DNA from: Armatimonadota bacterium
GTDB taxonomy: Bacteria > Armatimonadota > UBA5829 > DTLH01
DNA length: 64,000 nucleotides
Assembly: GCA_029551395.1 (NCBI GenBank)
Contig: JAKPFN010000079.1
Location: forward strand, 9,278-73,277
Direction of reading: 5' to 3'
Shown here: positions 63,663-64,000 of the stretch, piece by piece
How the letters are laid out: every line of letters starts with the position of its first letter
How positions within the stretch are numbered: position 1 is the first letter of the stretch
Translations under genes and position numbers: made by a program
Notes under the pieces: model-generated
Told to the model about the DNA's origin: nothing
Database searches by the model: none
What the model saw: only the letters and a program-made list of their open reading frames with translations

Positions 63663-64000
63663 TCACACTGCCTCAACTACCTGTAGCAGGACATCACTTT
63701 TGCCGGCACCCGCTTCGCCCTCACCAAGCACTATCTTTCTGCCTTCCTCCCGTGAGAGCCTGTCCAGTATCTCCTCTACTTCTTGTCTTTTGATCAGGGT
63801 GCCGCCGATGGCTTCGCGCTTGAGCCTTTGGACGTACCGATCTGTGGCGGCGTCGAACAGCGCAAGCTTGTCTTTGTCTCTCCACCACTCGCTTCGACCG
63901 ATGCCGTGCTTGCTAAGGTAGTCCCATATCTGTTGGGCTGTGAGCATTTTCTCCTTGTCGACGCGATCCTCTATGAGACCTCTGAGTATGTGGCATGCGG
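63663..64000 (-). pseudogene. P-loop protein gene, 5' part only (runs off the window edge). It is truncated by the IS3 insertion; the stop is supplied by the IS terminal TGA.
   Basis: ...VLGEGEAGAGKSDVLLQVVEAV*. The frame is open to position 64000. Confidence 0.5.

Larger units (their letters stand above)
62419..63665 (-). mobile_element. IS3-family insertion sequence (1247 bp) with terminal inverted repeats TGACCTGTACCC
   Basis: IRs at 62419-62430 and 63654-63665. orfA/orfB with an A6G slippery site at 63351-63357. Confidence 0.8.

Overview
This window is mostly a chromosomal backbone of about 47% GC, with a higher-GC integrated mobile element occupying its last ~7 kb.

Recognisable backbone genes, all from clear motifs in the ORF translations:
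- queA, preceded by a small DUF2905-like membrane protein
- a GT4 glycosyltransferase followed by a DedA-family protein
- a Clp1-family polynucleotide kinase translationally coupled to a histidine phosphatase
- an RmuC-like protein
- a UbiA-family decaprenyl-phosphate phosphoribosyltransferase-like enzyme
- ilvA
- GH4 and GH38 glycosidases
- a divergent MarR/MATE pair
- gltB and gltD
- a four-domain CoA-disulfide reductase (CoADR)-rhodanese-TusA-DsrE fusion
- RqcH
- GerW/YtfJ
- an Fe-S operon: MarR-like regulator, then ApbC, IscU, Nfu
- TrkA
- a PspA/NfeD/flotillin membrane-stress cluster
- a redoxin plus two tandem cyclophilins
- a ComF-like phosphoribosyltransferase (PRTase)
- tRNA-Met(CAU)

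Downstream of the tRNA the GC content rises. This region carries a large serine recombinase whose 3' end overlaps the tRNA, an SF3-like P-loop protein, a tyrosine integrase broken into several frames, and an IS3-family element with the A6G slippery site. The IS3 element truncates a P-loop gene at the window edge.

The most unusual observations:
1. The PspA-NfeD-flotillin operon carries three independent lesions: a homopolymer frameshift in flotillin, an in-frame TAG in NfeD, and a frame offset at the PspA start.
2. A bacterial Clp1-like kinase and a histidine phosphatase overlap in an ATGA stop/start. This looks like an RNA/DNA end-healing module.
3. A four-gene operon (15364-19062) encodes mostly membrane proteins with no recognisable domains, just downstream of the UbiA prenyl-phospho-sugar synthase homolog.
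4. A perfect 16-bp palindrome sits between the two glycosidase genes.

I saw no CRISPR array and no rRNA. All functional calls rest on motif recognition in the supplied translations, not on database searches.
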